64,000 bases of DNA. It comes from Ophelia neglecta. Taxonomy: Eukaryota. Position 1 is the first letter of the stretch; each line of letters begins with the position of its first letter. Made by a program: the position numbers and the translations under genes. The notes beneath the pieces were generated by a model, which made no database searches, was not told the DNA's origin, and saw nothing but the letters and a program-made list of their open reading frames with translations. The stretch spans positions 58,404,001 to 58,468,000 of the forward strand of contig OZ260665.1 in the NCBI GenBank assembly GCA_965285935.1, in the 5' to 3' direction. Below, piece by piece: positions 25,949 to 37,373 of this stretch.

Positions 25949-27742
25949 TTAATGATAAGTTTTGAAATCAGACTCGGAATCGACAGAGTCATTAAGATCG
26001 CGTGCATATCTGACATGTCTTACAGTGCCAGAGTCTTCTGCACTTTGGAGGAAGGGATTGGTAGGGTGTGGCTGTTGTTGGCCATGCGGTGGGTAGCCCC
26101 CTTGCTCCCCTCCACCCCTGTACACAGGCCGACCATTACTTATCTGGGGGCCGGTGTTATACTCCTCCTTGGTTTGCTTGTCATCATGAATTATGTCGTA
26201 GCCATTACCCATCTGTTCTTTGGGTGTTGAGCCTGTGAGATTGTTCATCTGGTAGGTTTTGTACTGCTGACCAGTCTGAGTGCCGAACGGGGCTTCCTCC
26301 TCCTCCATCTCGTCCTCAAACGGCTTGTACTTGTAGATGTTTTTGAGAGAGTAGAGAAGTGGGGCGTAGATGATGTTACTGAGGAAGATTCCTACATTCA
26401 ACCAGACAAAACCGATGCTAGCCACTATCCCGCTGGCGACTATTGGCCCGAAGGCGTAGGCCAGGGAGTAGGAGATGTCGGCGATGGCGTACACTGACCC
26501 ATAGACGGACACGTGACGAACGTCAACCAGGTAGGCCAGCGTGGGGAGTACCGCTGTGTCAACCAGCGCGATGCCGAAGCAGTCGATCATCAACGGAATC
26601 ACCACCATCCCAAACCCGGTACAGAAGGGGACGATGAGACAACTGACTCCTTCCAGCGCCAGCCCCACCGCTGTGATCAGCCATTGTTTGGTGGGGTACT
26701 TTTTCATCAGCTTGACCGTCAGGTAGACTCCTAAAACGTGAGGGAAAAACGCCGGCAGCCAAACTATCCCCACTTGCCATTCAGCAGCGTTCATTGTTCG
26801 TGTCATCCAAGTGGCTATCGTAGGCTCCAAAAACGCCAATGATACATTGGCCATGACCAGTGCACCAGCACATACTGCGATGTACGGATCTATAATCAGA
26901 TGATGTATCGGGGTCCCCTTGGGCAATTCATCAGCCTTCTTCAACTGTAAGCGTTCCAAACGGACTGGCTTCATGACGAAGAACAACATTATACCGTCGA
27001 ACAGGGCTACAAGGGCTAGTATGACAAAGGGCACACTTTTCCCTGCAAACTCGTAGAGAACTCCGCCGAAAGGGGGCGCGAAGAGGCAGCCGAATGAGAT
27101 GAAGGCCAGGGCGATACCCTGGGCCCTACTACGGGCGTTTTCCTCTTTATATCGGTCTGCAATCATGGCTAATCCTGCCGTGTCAGCAAACGCGGAGCCG
27201 ACACCTTGCAAACTACGAGCGAAGAACAACAGTCCGTAGTCCTCACCGACGGCGAACAACATGGTGGAGAGGAAGATGACGAAAAGACCGATCATCATAG
27301 GGTAGTCATAGCCAACACGGTCGATAACCGTGCCAGAGATCGGGTTTACTAACAACTGGACGATGGCTTTGGAAGCAAATAAAAAGCCTATTCTAGCGTC
27401 AGAAGCCCCTGCATAAGGATTCAACGGAAATAGGTGATGTTTCGTTGTTTCATTAGCTTCACTGGCGTTTAAGTTGAGCTCTTGGTACTGGTCGTGAGTG
27501 TAATTCTTGCTATCATATTCATAATAATATTTGGTGGGGTCTAAGGGATCCCACTTGTCTTTGCTTTTCAGGTAGATGGGGATGATGGGGACGATGACCA
27601 TGTACAGCATGTTGTCGAGCAGGAGGGCCACACATACTATGATGAGCACCAGCCTTCGCTGAGTCTCTGGCTGGTGAATCTTGTCATTCAGACGGTCTCG
27701 CAGAAGCCCTAAGTCCAAGTTGAGGAAAGGTATCACAGTCAT
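25949..27742 (-). CDS. VAChT: Vesicular acetylcholine transporter (SLC18A3/unc-17 orthologue), intronless ORF, 597 aa MFS transporter
   Basis: SLC18 motifs [84 protein letters not shown]. Luminal loop 1 has three N-glycosylation sequons (NYT, NAS, NET). Same strand as, and upstream of, the ChAT coding exons. Confidence 0.98.
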   Translation of the reverse strand: MTVIPFLNLDLGLLRDRLNDKIHQPETQRRLVLIIVCVALLLDNMLYMVIVPIIPIYLKSKDKWDPLDPTKYYYEYDSKNYTHDQYQELNLNASEANETTKHHLFPLNPYAGASDARIGFLFASKAIVQLLVNPISGTVIDRVGYDYPMMIGLFVIFLSTMLFAVGEDYGLLFFARSLQGVGSAFADTAGLAMIADRYKEENARSRAQGIALAFISFGCLFAPPFGGVLYEFAGKSVPFVILALVALFDGIMLFFVMKPVRLERLQLKKADELPKGTPIHHLIIDPYIAVCAGALVMANVSLAFLEPTIATWMTRTMNAAEWQVGIVWLPAFFPHVLGVYLTVKLMKKYPTKQWLITAVGLALEGVSCLIVPFCTGFGMVVIPLMIDCFGIALVDTAVLPTLAYLVDVRHVSVYGSVYAIADISYSLAYAFGPIVASGIVASIGFVWLNVGIFLSNIIYAPLLYSLKNIYKYKPFEDEMEEEEAPFGTQTGQQYKTYQMNNLTGSTPKEQMGNGYDIIHDDKQTKEEYNTGPQISNGRPVYRGGGEQGGYPPHGQQQPHPTNPFLQSAEDSGTVRHVRYARDLNDSVDSESDFKTYH

Positions 27743-30009
27743 CTTGCTTGATTCTCCTTTTACCGGAAATACACTATTTCTAACTTCCTTCTGGAATGTT
27801 GGTGTTGCGTAAACTGAGCTTCCGGTTTCAGTTGATTGTGTCGAGTGGTGGCGTTGTATCTTTTTACTTTTTTACCATCGAGCGTTGAGCCGGAAGAATT
27901 ACCAAAGAGGGCGTATCAGAATTCGATATCTTGTTCCTTGTCTTCGATGTAGATTGTTTGTACAGCACGGCTGCAACGCTTGGTCCAATCGACCAGCTCG
28001 GCAATGGATCCTTGTCACGACAATCAATTCTCCCGGAACATAGAACACCATTAATTACCGCTATTCACAATTCACCTGCTATTTTGCCTCCTCTACCTCC
28101 CTTATTTGTTAGCCGGTGTTATATTTGGAGCAAATAATAGTTAAAATCCAATTCCAATTTGGTTTACTTGTAATGAACAAACAGCACATTTATCCAACTT
28201 ATACTGACTATATATCCAACGGGTTAAGTATCCACACTGCGATGTTAATAGACGATTCGTCCAAAATGGATGATTTTTTGTATCCGGTATTCGGGGTTGA
28301 GTGTCGTCTGCCCGTCTCCCTTAAGAAGGAAGAGAGATAACACAGTCAGTTTTTATCCGTTTAAACGATGCAGTTGACGAGTGGCTTGAAACAAAATGCA
28401 CAGGACTCCACGGAACGTTCAGTTCGATTTAGTTCATGAAAGTTCTAGAATTATTAACAGTTACAATCAAGGGAGGGTTTGAGGCAGTCAGGTTCAATAA
28501 GAGTTCTCCTTTTCCTCGGATGAGGGTGAATTTTGCCTGGCAGGTTTCTCGCACCCAACCACCTTCGAATCAATAAACTCGGCCGTCTGAACCAGCACAT
28601 AAGAAGGTGCTCGTTGACTGCCAAATACGCTCATTTTCTGCCTTCTTGAGCATTCACTGGCTTCTGTCTTGGCAGGTTAGACAGGGTTGCACACTCTGAA
28701 GGATATTCCGCAAAACTGTTCAGGAGTGGCCTAAATAAAGTTTCATCTATAACGACTCTACGCGCGAAAACTTGAATGATTAAAACACCGGTTCGTCCCA
28801 GCTGTGCACGTTGCTTCTTGCCAACACACCACTCAAGTAGGATTATTGACATAAAACACACTCATTTAGTAGACTCAAACACAAGTCTAACTTTCGAATT
28901 CAACAGTTGAAGAGGTTTTAATTACAGAAACAATCATGCACTACAACAATTATACTTTCAAAGTAAAAGACGAGTATTTCCAAAAAGCAGCATGTTTTTT
29001 TTAGTAGTTTGAAGAGATGAGATGTTTATTTAGCAGTTTTTCAATTTGTAAACTCACACTGTTCTTTTTGGTCTAGTTTCGTTGTGAACATTTTCCAAGT
29101 GTCTCAGATTTACATTATAAACATCCCATTCGGAGATATCCGTTATTTATCATGTATATTTACTCAAAATTTAGTAACACTATTTGCAAGAAAAGCCAGT
29201 TCGAATGGTATAGTACTGGTCTATTTTTTAAACAAATGACGAAACACAGTTGTAAACGTGTAACAGGGTACGATTCCTCTTTAGTTTGAGACAGTTTCTG
29301 CACACAGACACGGGAAATTAGAACGAAGTACACTTCTGGTGCATGGTGCGTTCCTTATTGACTTATATTAGATCATCTCGACGCCCTAATGCCCACTGCG
29401 AAAGACCATCTAATTCAAATATTTACCTGAGCAATTTGCTTGTGATGTTCCATACTAAAGTCCAACAATGTACTAAATGCCTGCAATATGCGACATTTGC
29501 TGTTCTCATTTCCAAAGACGCCGTTGGAATTTGTATTTTCAATCTCCCGAGTTGAGCAGAACTGAATTGCTCGACAAATGCACGAGTCCGCCGTTCAAAG
29601 ACGTCTATGACCATTTGAAACCACAATTTAACCCAAAAGTTGTTCCCTGGAACCCAATACTCCCTTATACCAATTTTTCCTGATAAACATAAGGTACCAC
29701 TTTCAACGAAAGACACAATTAAAGTTATATCTTTCCTGTTTAAATTATACAGGACGTACACAGAACACCAAGGGTTCATTATCACAAAAGGCTTTGTTAT
29801 TCTGTGATCTACTAGATCCTGGCCTAAATAAGACACGAGTAAGTTGGTCCCTTAACTACGAATTAACTGTTAGCTGTATTTTATATACACCTCAATTAAA
29901 AATGAGATATCAAAAAATGTTGTCAGTTTTTTTAGTCTCAGGCCTTGAGCTATTGCTTTCCCTTGGTAGAAATGAAAAGCATAAAGTCGTGTTAGTTCAC
30001 GCATTGCCT

Positions 30010-30187
30010 AATTTCGTGCTAATTTGCGGCAGGAAATCAGCTTATTTTGCGCACATTCATGCAGGTTCACTCAATGTGTAATTCCGCGCAGAAAAAAATA
30101 AACCTATTCCGCGTACTTTTAAACACACGGTGGAGACTTCATACTTCAAGAAATTAAACGATGCGTGACATAACCCGCCACTGCCCT
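30010..30187. mobile_element. Dispersed MITE-like repeat, copy 1 of 3
   Basis: The end aattaaacgatgcgtgacataacccgcc is the reverse complement of the start of the 33641 copy; internal attccgcg repeats. Confidence 0.55.
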
Positions 30188-30522
30188 ACTTAGGTCTTAT
30201 GCACTATCTTGAACTAAAGGATAGAAATCCAATCCCTACTCTTATTATAAAAAAGGACACTTTTCTATACATAATTGGTTTTGATAACACTTTCCAGTTG
30301 TGAGCCATTTCAAGTCAGTTTTCGCATTTTAGAAGCAAGCTTGTTCATGTTAAATTCTTCCTTGTGGTGAAAACCTAGAGAGGAACCGGGGCGTTGTTCA
30401 TTGTGACAAGGCGTTTGTTTTTTTGGGGGGAAACAAGCAAGGTAGTACTATGATATTAAGGTCACATCAGATGTGTAGTCTTGTAGCATCATCGCATTTA
30501 ATGAAAAGACATCTTAACTCAC

Positions 30523-30591
30523 CTAGCACATTCTTCTAGATGGCACCCTGCAAGTCGTTTCCGGTCTTAAGCCCTCTGATGCTGGCGACGT
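30523..30591 (-). other. Candidate non-coding 5'UTR exon (69 nt) shared by ChAT and VAChT transcripts
   Basis: Long pyrimidine tract ending ttcttacag| and donor TAG|gtgagt. It lies 2.8 kb upstream of the VAChT ATG, where cholinergic loci have the common exon. Confidence 0.65.
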
Positions 30592-33500
30592 CTGTAAGAA
30601 AAAGGCAAAGTTCGTTAAACAGGCACCAGGGACATGCAATTGCGATTAGTGGTGGCAAAGTGACAATGTACAATGCACCGACACACACCTTAAAATATGT
30701 ATAAATTATTCAAGAAAAAGGAACGGTGTGGTGAGTGTTCTTTCGTACTGCATTGCTTGATTCTATTTAATTATTCAGCTCATCCAAGAAACTAAGTAAC
30801 AAGTGGGTTCGTATTAGTCAAAATTCCGAGCCAGTAATTATTTCCATTCCCTGAATCATATCTTATACTTACACAAGGCTTAAACAAGCCAGACAAGTAT
30901 CTGACGCCTCTTAGGCAGTTCTGAACGCGCGTAGTGATATGATTCTGGAGACCAAATTAGGCTAGCGCGCGTAGTGGTACAACTTTGCAATTCAGTATAG
31001 GCGCTTTCTATTGATGGTATAAGTACGTCGTCTTTTTAGAAACCACATACAAAGGCATTCACATTGATCCAATCGGGCGTTTGATGAATAGAATCAAGCT
31101 GCACTGCAAGGGGATGATTATTAGCATCAGAAATCCCTCTAGCGAGCAGCATAGAATAAATTGTCTAAAAGTAACGCGTCCCCCGAGAGTTGAGTGGTAA
31201 CTTTCGAGATTACACGCTTGATAGCTCTTGATGTATTATGGGGCTCTACGAATAAGTCACGTGACTTTGCCACAGGGATATTAAATGAGCAAAGAGTCCC
31301 CGACCGCATGCCCCATTTGCTATGACGGATTACTAAATCTAGGCGTGAGTCTTGTAGAATTTTGAAATTGGTATCCGTCTGGTTGGACTCTTCCAGTACC
31401 AGAGAAGAAGGAGGGAACGTCGATATTTGGTCGGCTGTTTTCAGCCAGCTAATGGTCGGTGCCGGGACTGATTGCGCAGAGTGGGGATGATTTATCGTCC
31501 AGCATCTCACCCAATTCGGTTTGAAATGCAATAAAACGGCGGGAGAAGTGGGTTTGTATCGTCTGCTCTGACGGATCGTAGGAGTGGGCGATGGTGGGCA
31601 AGCAAGCCATCAATCCTTCAAAGTGGGCTCAAATCAGCAGACACTGCTTAATAAACATCCTGTTTCATGGCAAGCCCCTACAAGAACACATAACCACTAT
31701 CTGACTAAAAACGTGCCCGGATTAGCAGCACTTAGACTTAAACCAAGTGGAAAACACTTCTTGAGCATCCCCATAAAGGCTATAAGGACTTAAACAATGA
31801 TGAATATCAACCAACATGTAATTAAAATAAGAATTAGACCGGAAGTAGGTCTAGACACATATCCTGCTTCGAATGACGCTTGAATTGACAATTTTCTATT
31901 CAAACTTGAGGTCCTCATACAATTAAAGAACCATCGCGCATTTATCTCGCGCAAGACAAGAAACTAGCACCTTTCGCCCTTTCGAAATTCTCCTATATAG
32001 AACCCTACAGTAAAGATGTCATCTTTTCATGGGGGAATTTCGTGCAAAATGCATTGAGAACAATTGCAGACAAAGCATTTCAATAAAGAATTCATTAAGG
32101 CCGAACATGAATACTTTTCCCATGAAACATTTGACTGTACTTAATGCAAAGCCGGGTGAAAACGTTCATGCTTATTAAACCGTTAAATAGCGATAATTGT
32201 CGAACAACCGGCTCTGATCGATACACCATTGATCTCATGATAAAACGCATCAATAAAATCAATGAAGTAGCTAAATACTGGTCTATAATTGCCAATCTGG
32301 CGGCATCGCAAAGAACTACCTCCATCAGTTCATCTAGTGAAGACCTCTCTTATTAAAATAGCTCCAATCAGCCTATACAGAATCAATGAGCAGCAATTAA
32401 TGCTCAGTCTAGCTGTTATGGTGACTAGTTAGCCGGTTCACGGACCACTGATCATAAGCAAATCCGATAATCATTGGCCTAATAACGGTCACTTCTCGAC
32501 CGAGTGTCAGACCGGCAGACCTGGGATTATGTTGATTCATTAAACCAAGAACCCTCGAGACTTCATGGCTTTATGGCTTGTCATGTGAGTGAAGTGAACA
32601 CGGGCTGTGCCTTTTAAAACAGGCTGTCTAAAAGGCGTGGTAGTCACATTAGACACGTATGGGAAGGAAACAAAGTGTCAGCAATATCTGACGTGTGTAT
32701 TATATCTAGAAAAGGTAATCAGGAAACCGAGTGACCTTGTTACTTAAATCCAATTTTAGCAATGAAACTCTTGCATCATGCTTAAAAATGTATATGGTTT
32801 ATAAGTTGAAAGATCGACATGCTGAGGCATTTCATGTCAGAGAAATAAATTAATTGATTTAAACATATTTCATCCTAACTATCGAGATACATATAACCAA
32901 AATCGACTTATATTTATCGACCCTTAACATCGATTGAGACAAATTACTCGTGATTACTAACTAACTAGGATATTTGATATAAAGCACCCACGTTTCGCAA
33001 AAGCATTGCATTTTGACAAAATAATCATTTTGCAAAATGGTCACATGATGTAAATATAATAATGTCGTGGAATATTCAGGCAACAATGGTCCATGCATGG
33101 CAGGAAGTCAGTTCGACTTATCATTTTAATCGTCAATTATTTTACTACCAAATAACGTTTGCTGTTTAAAAACGGCCCGTTGACTGCATAATTGAGTAAC
33201 AGTCTACACTGATTGTTGTAGTATCCCTTAAATATCTCCAACTCTTTCAGGAGTGGCCCTGAATATCTCAGACTGGACAATGGGCGGGGTTAAAAGAGAC
33301 GATTTGCAGTCTAAGGAAAGCCGCATTCTCCATTTGGTACTGCAATCAGCGTGAATATCGACAAATAGGTCTGGCTGGCTGCTTCATCAAAGGCAGCGAG
33401 GGCTTGTCAAGGAGGTGCAGAATTTCAAGGATAATTCAATGTCAAATGTACCCACTGTCCTCGCACAATTTCTTCGTTTAAACTATAAATATACCACGAA

Positions 33501-33640
33501 AACAGCACGTTTAAGGCTATGTATTCAAACAATATATAGTAAAAGCTGTCAACAAACATTGTGTTCAGTGATCAGAGACAGATTGAACAGACACGGCCCC
33601 AGCACCACACACGATTGAACCCCGCTTGCAAATTAAACCA

Positions 33641-33775
33641 GGGTAAAAGCGGGTAATATACGTATCGTTTAATTCCCCGCAGAAAATCGGCATATTCCGC
33701 GTTTTATCCGCGAGTAAGCACTTTGAAAAACATACACGGAATAATGCTTTTACTGCGTGGAATTAAATGATGCAA
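33641..33775. mobile_element. Dispersed MITE-like repeat, copy 2 of 3
   Basis: gtaaaagcgggtaatatacgtatcgtttaattccccgcagaaaatcggcatattccgcg aligns to the reverse complement of 37313-37372. Confidence 0.6.
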
Positions 33776-36529
33776 GAATTGAATCTGATCTATTTAAAAT
33801 TCTAGGGCACATTATAAAATCTCTTGCAGTAAGAACAGTTCAAAATCCGATTTTCCTCGCCGTTTTCTGTCAATTTCCTGCCAGTTGGCGTGAGGATTTC
33901 ATTCTCAGTCTATCATTTATTATTTGGACCGGTTTGTCAGAAGATCGACACTTTCTAGTGATATCCTGGTAGCAATAAGGTCATTTACACAGGAGAAAAT
34001 GAGTTATTTCGATTTATTGAACGAGTACACAAAACAAAATCCATGTCAACTAAGGCAGGCGTAGGATCGGAGAATAACGAAGAAGGGCAAATATTCACTT
34101 TTTGTGCCAAAAGCAAAGGTGTAGGTATACACAACTGGTTCTACAATGTACGGAAGCCAACCGGTGTAATTATACATGCAGCAAATTACCAGCGAACAAA
34201 TTGGGAGCCCCATTTTTATTAGAGTTATAGCACGAAGAACGTTACTGGTGTTGAGCTGTTGGTGGTGCGAACGTGCTTCCGGCTGTCAAATATAAAAAGT
34301 AGTCCGACGGCTCTGAGGTGAGCCCGTGAGATTGCTGCCATCTGGCTGCAGGTGACAACACCTTTCTCGATGTCTTTGCCTGCTTCTTACACAGATTCTT
34401 CCAATATTTGGCCTTTGTGTTGAGACTGAACCCTAATCAATATGTCACTCAGTACGTGCATATATGTACATTAATCATAGTACAAAAGGAACAGGAAGAA
34501 ATACTGGCATAACTAAGTTTGCCTATAGCAGCTCAAAGCTTTGAGGACCTATATGCGTACGGGCGACTCACATGCACGTTGAATAAGTTAAAGCAGGTTT
34601 TCTTTGAAGCAGCATTTTCGTCTGATCTGAAAAACTTGATAAAACGACACTTCATGCTTGCGATCGCTTTTGTACATTTAGGGAGCATTTTGATAGAACA
34701 TGTATTTCTTGTCAGAATCTTTTCCTCTGTAACAGATCGAATTTCGCATCTCTCACTCAAGGGACATGGCGCAATCTTGTTCGCAACAAGATGAGGTCAA
34801 ACTGGGGTCAGGTGATACGTAATCGCTCGGAAAGTTCTTTCTACAATTGTTTCATATCACAAGAATAGCATTTGCTTGGGCATTGTGGCTTGCATCGATT
34901 TTCCGGCGGACTGGCGGGTGGACTCCAACCCGTCGATAGGGGTATTCCCTGTCTAATGTCGTAATAAGGCCCAGGGGAACAGACTAGGGGCAGGCTGGAA
35001 AACTATCCTTCGATCCAAGCCAGTGCACAAGCCTGGCAAATATCAGGGATTAGACTCTCAACTGGGGAGAATGTCACTTTGGGGCATACTTGCTGAATAA
35101 TCAAAAATATCCTTTAAATAAAGGGCGTATTAATCTATTCTCCCCTCGCTGGTCCACATAAAGCAACGGATTGATTTTAACATTTTTAACAAATTCCTAG
35201 GTCCTTTCAAAGAAGACACCGGATGTCCTTCCTAGGTATGGTTATCTATTAGTAATGGTGAGATTGTGCAGTTTCTCGTTCCAGCGATTACACGCGTCTA
35301 GTAAATTGCTTCTATCTCAGATTTCGCAGTGTCTTTTGATGTCTGAGACGGGCCTACAATGCAATTTATCGGACAAATCTTCCTTCCTGATACAAGTCCC
35401 CACCCCGAGTCTGCCTCGAGCAAATAGGAGAGTCAGTGCGGATATTGCGTGAGCCGAAAACCCGATTTCAAACGCTGCAAGGAAGCGCAAACAAATTGAA
35501 TGTTTGCCATTCCAGTGATAGCTGCAAGGGACGCAAAGGACAAAAGGCTCCTGCAGACAAGAGAAGACACTGTCTGCTCCTGGAGGAACACTCCAAAGCA
35601 TCTCTTCTTTTGGGAGGCCAGTGCTCCAAGAAACAACAGACAATGTTGAATTATACGACACCAGATAGCAAACAATAAATGAATTGATATTCTATCATCT
35701 GAAAAACAACGATTGCAGACGGTTTTGTAGTTATCATACAAGGAATGTACTGTCTGGATCAGATAAAAACTGAAGGAGTTCTCATATATAAAGTGTTTAC
35801 TGGTTTTTAAGTGACATACTGCTTTGCTTTCTGTATCAATAATGAATGAAGCTAAGTCAAGTCTTCTTCGCTTTTTCAAAACAGAATGGTGCTGGAAATA
35901 ATCAGGCATACCATTATGCCTCTATAATATGATAAGAAATTTATCATTTTTATTCATAAGCTATACAAATAAAAGTTACCCTAGAATGCACCCTAGGGAT
36001 ATGCAAATACACTGTGTCCTGTTTCTGTCGACACAGATGTCTCAGAATACCTCATACACTCAAACAGTCTACGAACATCATTGTATAATATCAGGCAGGG
36101 ATCACATATCCACCGTCCTCGGTAGACCAGCTACTGCAACTTCATTAAACCTCGGATGTTTGTCCGGATAGTGTCTATTGTCACAAACAACTGTGCCGAA
36201 TTTGCATTCTCTTCCCATCAGAGTGAATCGGTGATGGAGACAAAACAAATGCCGATTGTGCTGTCCTATCTCATGCGACTGAATCCAGCTTTACGAGCTT
36301 CAGGCGTCTGACAATGTAAATGTGAAATGGGCCGGACCATATGCAACCGCCTCTTCTCTGGCCGAGTTGATATTATCTTGTTAAATTGTACACTTTGCAA
36401 TTATAAAACTATTTTAAATTAACACCATAGAAATAATCAACATACATAACCTAATCTTACTTCCTACGCATCTCTGCAACGACTACAGGTTAAGAGAGAA
36501 GATTATTAATTAACATAAATTTGATGCAG

Positions 36530-36790
36530 CAAATTTAAGATTCGACGTGCATTACTAAACTAAGTCCTTGCATTCGTTTAGCAGAGATTGTTTCATGTTA
36601 CATAGCCAAATTCATGGAAGATGTAGAGAAAACGAAAGGGCAATATTATTTTGTCATCAAAAAGCCTTAAATGTCCTAGTATGAATCGGGACAATCTTTG
36701 GTGTGCAGCAGGGATATGTTCTTGGTCCAATCCGATCTGTGCAATACATTGACTTCTCTTTTGCTCTCTCTGACGATTCTGAGGTGCCGT
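36530..36790 (+). mobile_element. Decayed CR1/L2-like reverse transcriptase fragment
   Basis: From 36691 it translates TIFGVQQGYVLGPIRSVQYID...SDDS, matching RT motifs GVPQGSVLGP.LF..YI.D and ADD. An FD.V.H-like remnant lies upstream. Confidence 0.6.
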
Positions 36791-37284
36791 TCATTCAGAT
36801 GTCTCTCAAACTAATATCTGATATATAAGTCTGGTATTATAATGTAGAAAACAGTTTTAGTCAGGTAGCTGAGAAGATCGATTTCTCATATCTGCAATTA
36901 CACCCAGACTATAATCTGATCAAGTAAGACATAATAACCAAAAATAAGACAAGAGATGCCCAAACGAATCTAAGTCGTGATTATTGTTAATCATCCTGTT
37001 AAAAAGCTCGGTTTAAAAGTCACAATTCAGTCAATCTCAGCAAATTCTTACCAATTTAGTGCAATGATTCTAATAATCCAATAATCCCCAAAACAAATTG
37101 GCCTATAAATATTTCTTCAGATGTAACTCCCTGTTAACTTTAATTCATAAATGAGCGATAGACAAAACGACAAGAAAGAAAAAATGATGTTTTCGCATTA
37201 CCAACAACGCATTGATAAAATTGTCACAAGGCACAAACAGTCTTAGGAGAAGTTACGATATCATGTACCTTCGGTTTTGCCCTT

Positions 37285-37373
37285 ACACTATGCGCGGAAT
37301 AAACCTACTCTTGCGCGGAATTAGCTGAATTTCTGGATGGAATTATTTGATGCTAGATATAACCCGCCTTTAC
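37285..37373. mobile_element. Dispersed MITE-like repeat, copy 3 of 3 (inverted relative to copy 2)
   Basis: Reverse complement reads gtaaaggcgggttatatctagcatcaaataattccatccagaaattcagctaattccgcg. Confidence 0.6.

Noticed and set aside
25952-26780. Short ORFs overlapping VAChT (antisense and alternate frame)
   Set aside because: Shadows of a GC-richer coding sequence with no recognisable motifs.
29477-29683. ORF with ICCSHF and LKP..VVP resembling a THAP domain
   Set aside because: The N-terminal C..C and W elements are missing and the spacing is wrong; the match is too short.
35255-35909. Cluster of 65-158 aa ORFs
   Set aside because: No domain similarity or consistent splice signals that I can recognise; probably chance or an unidentifiable TE remnant.
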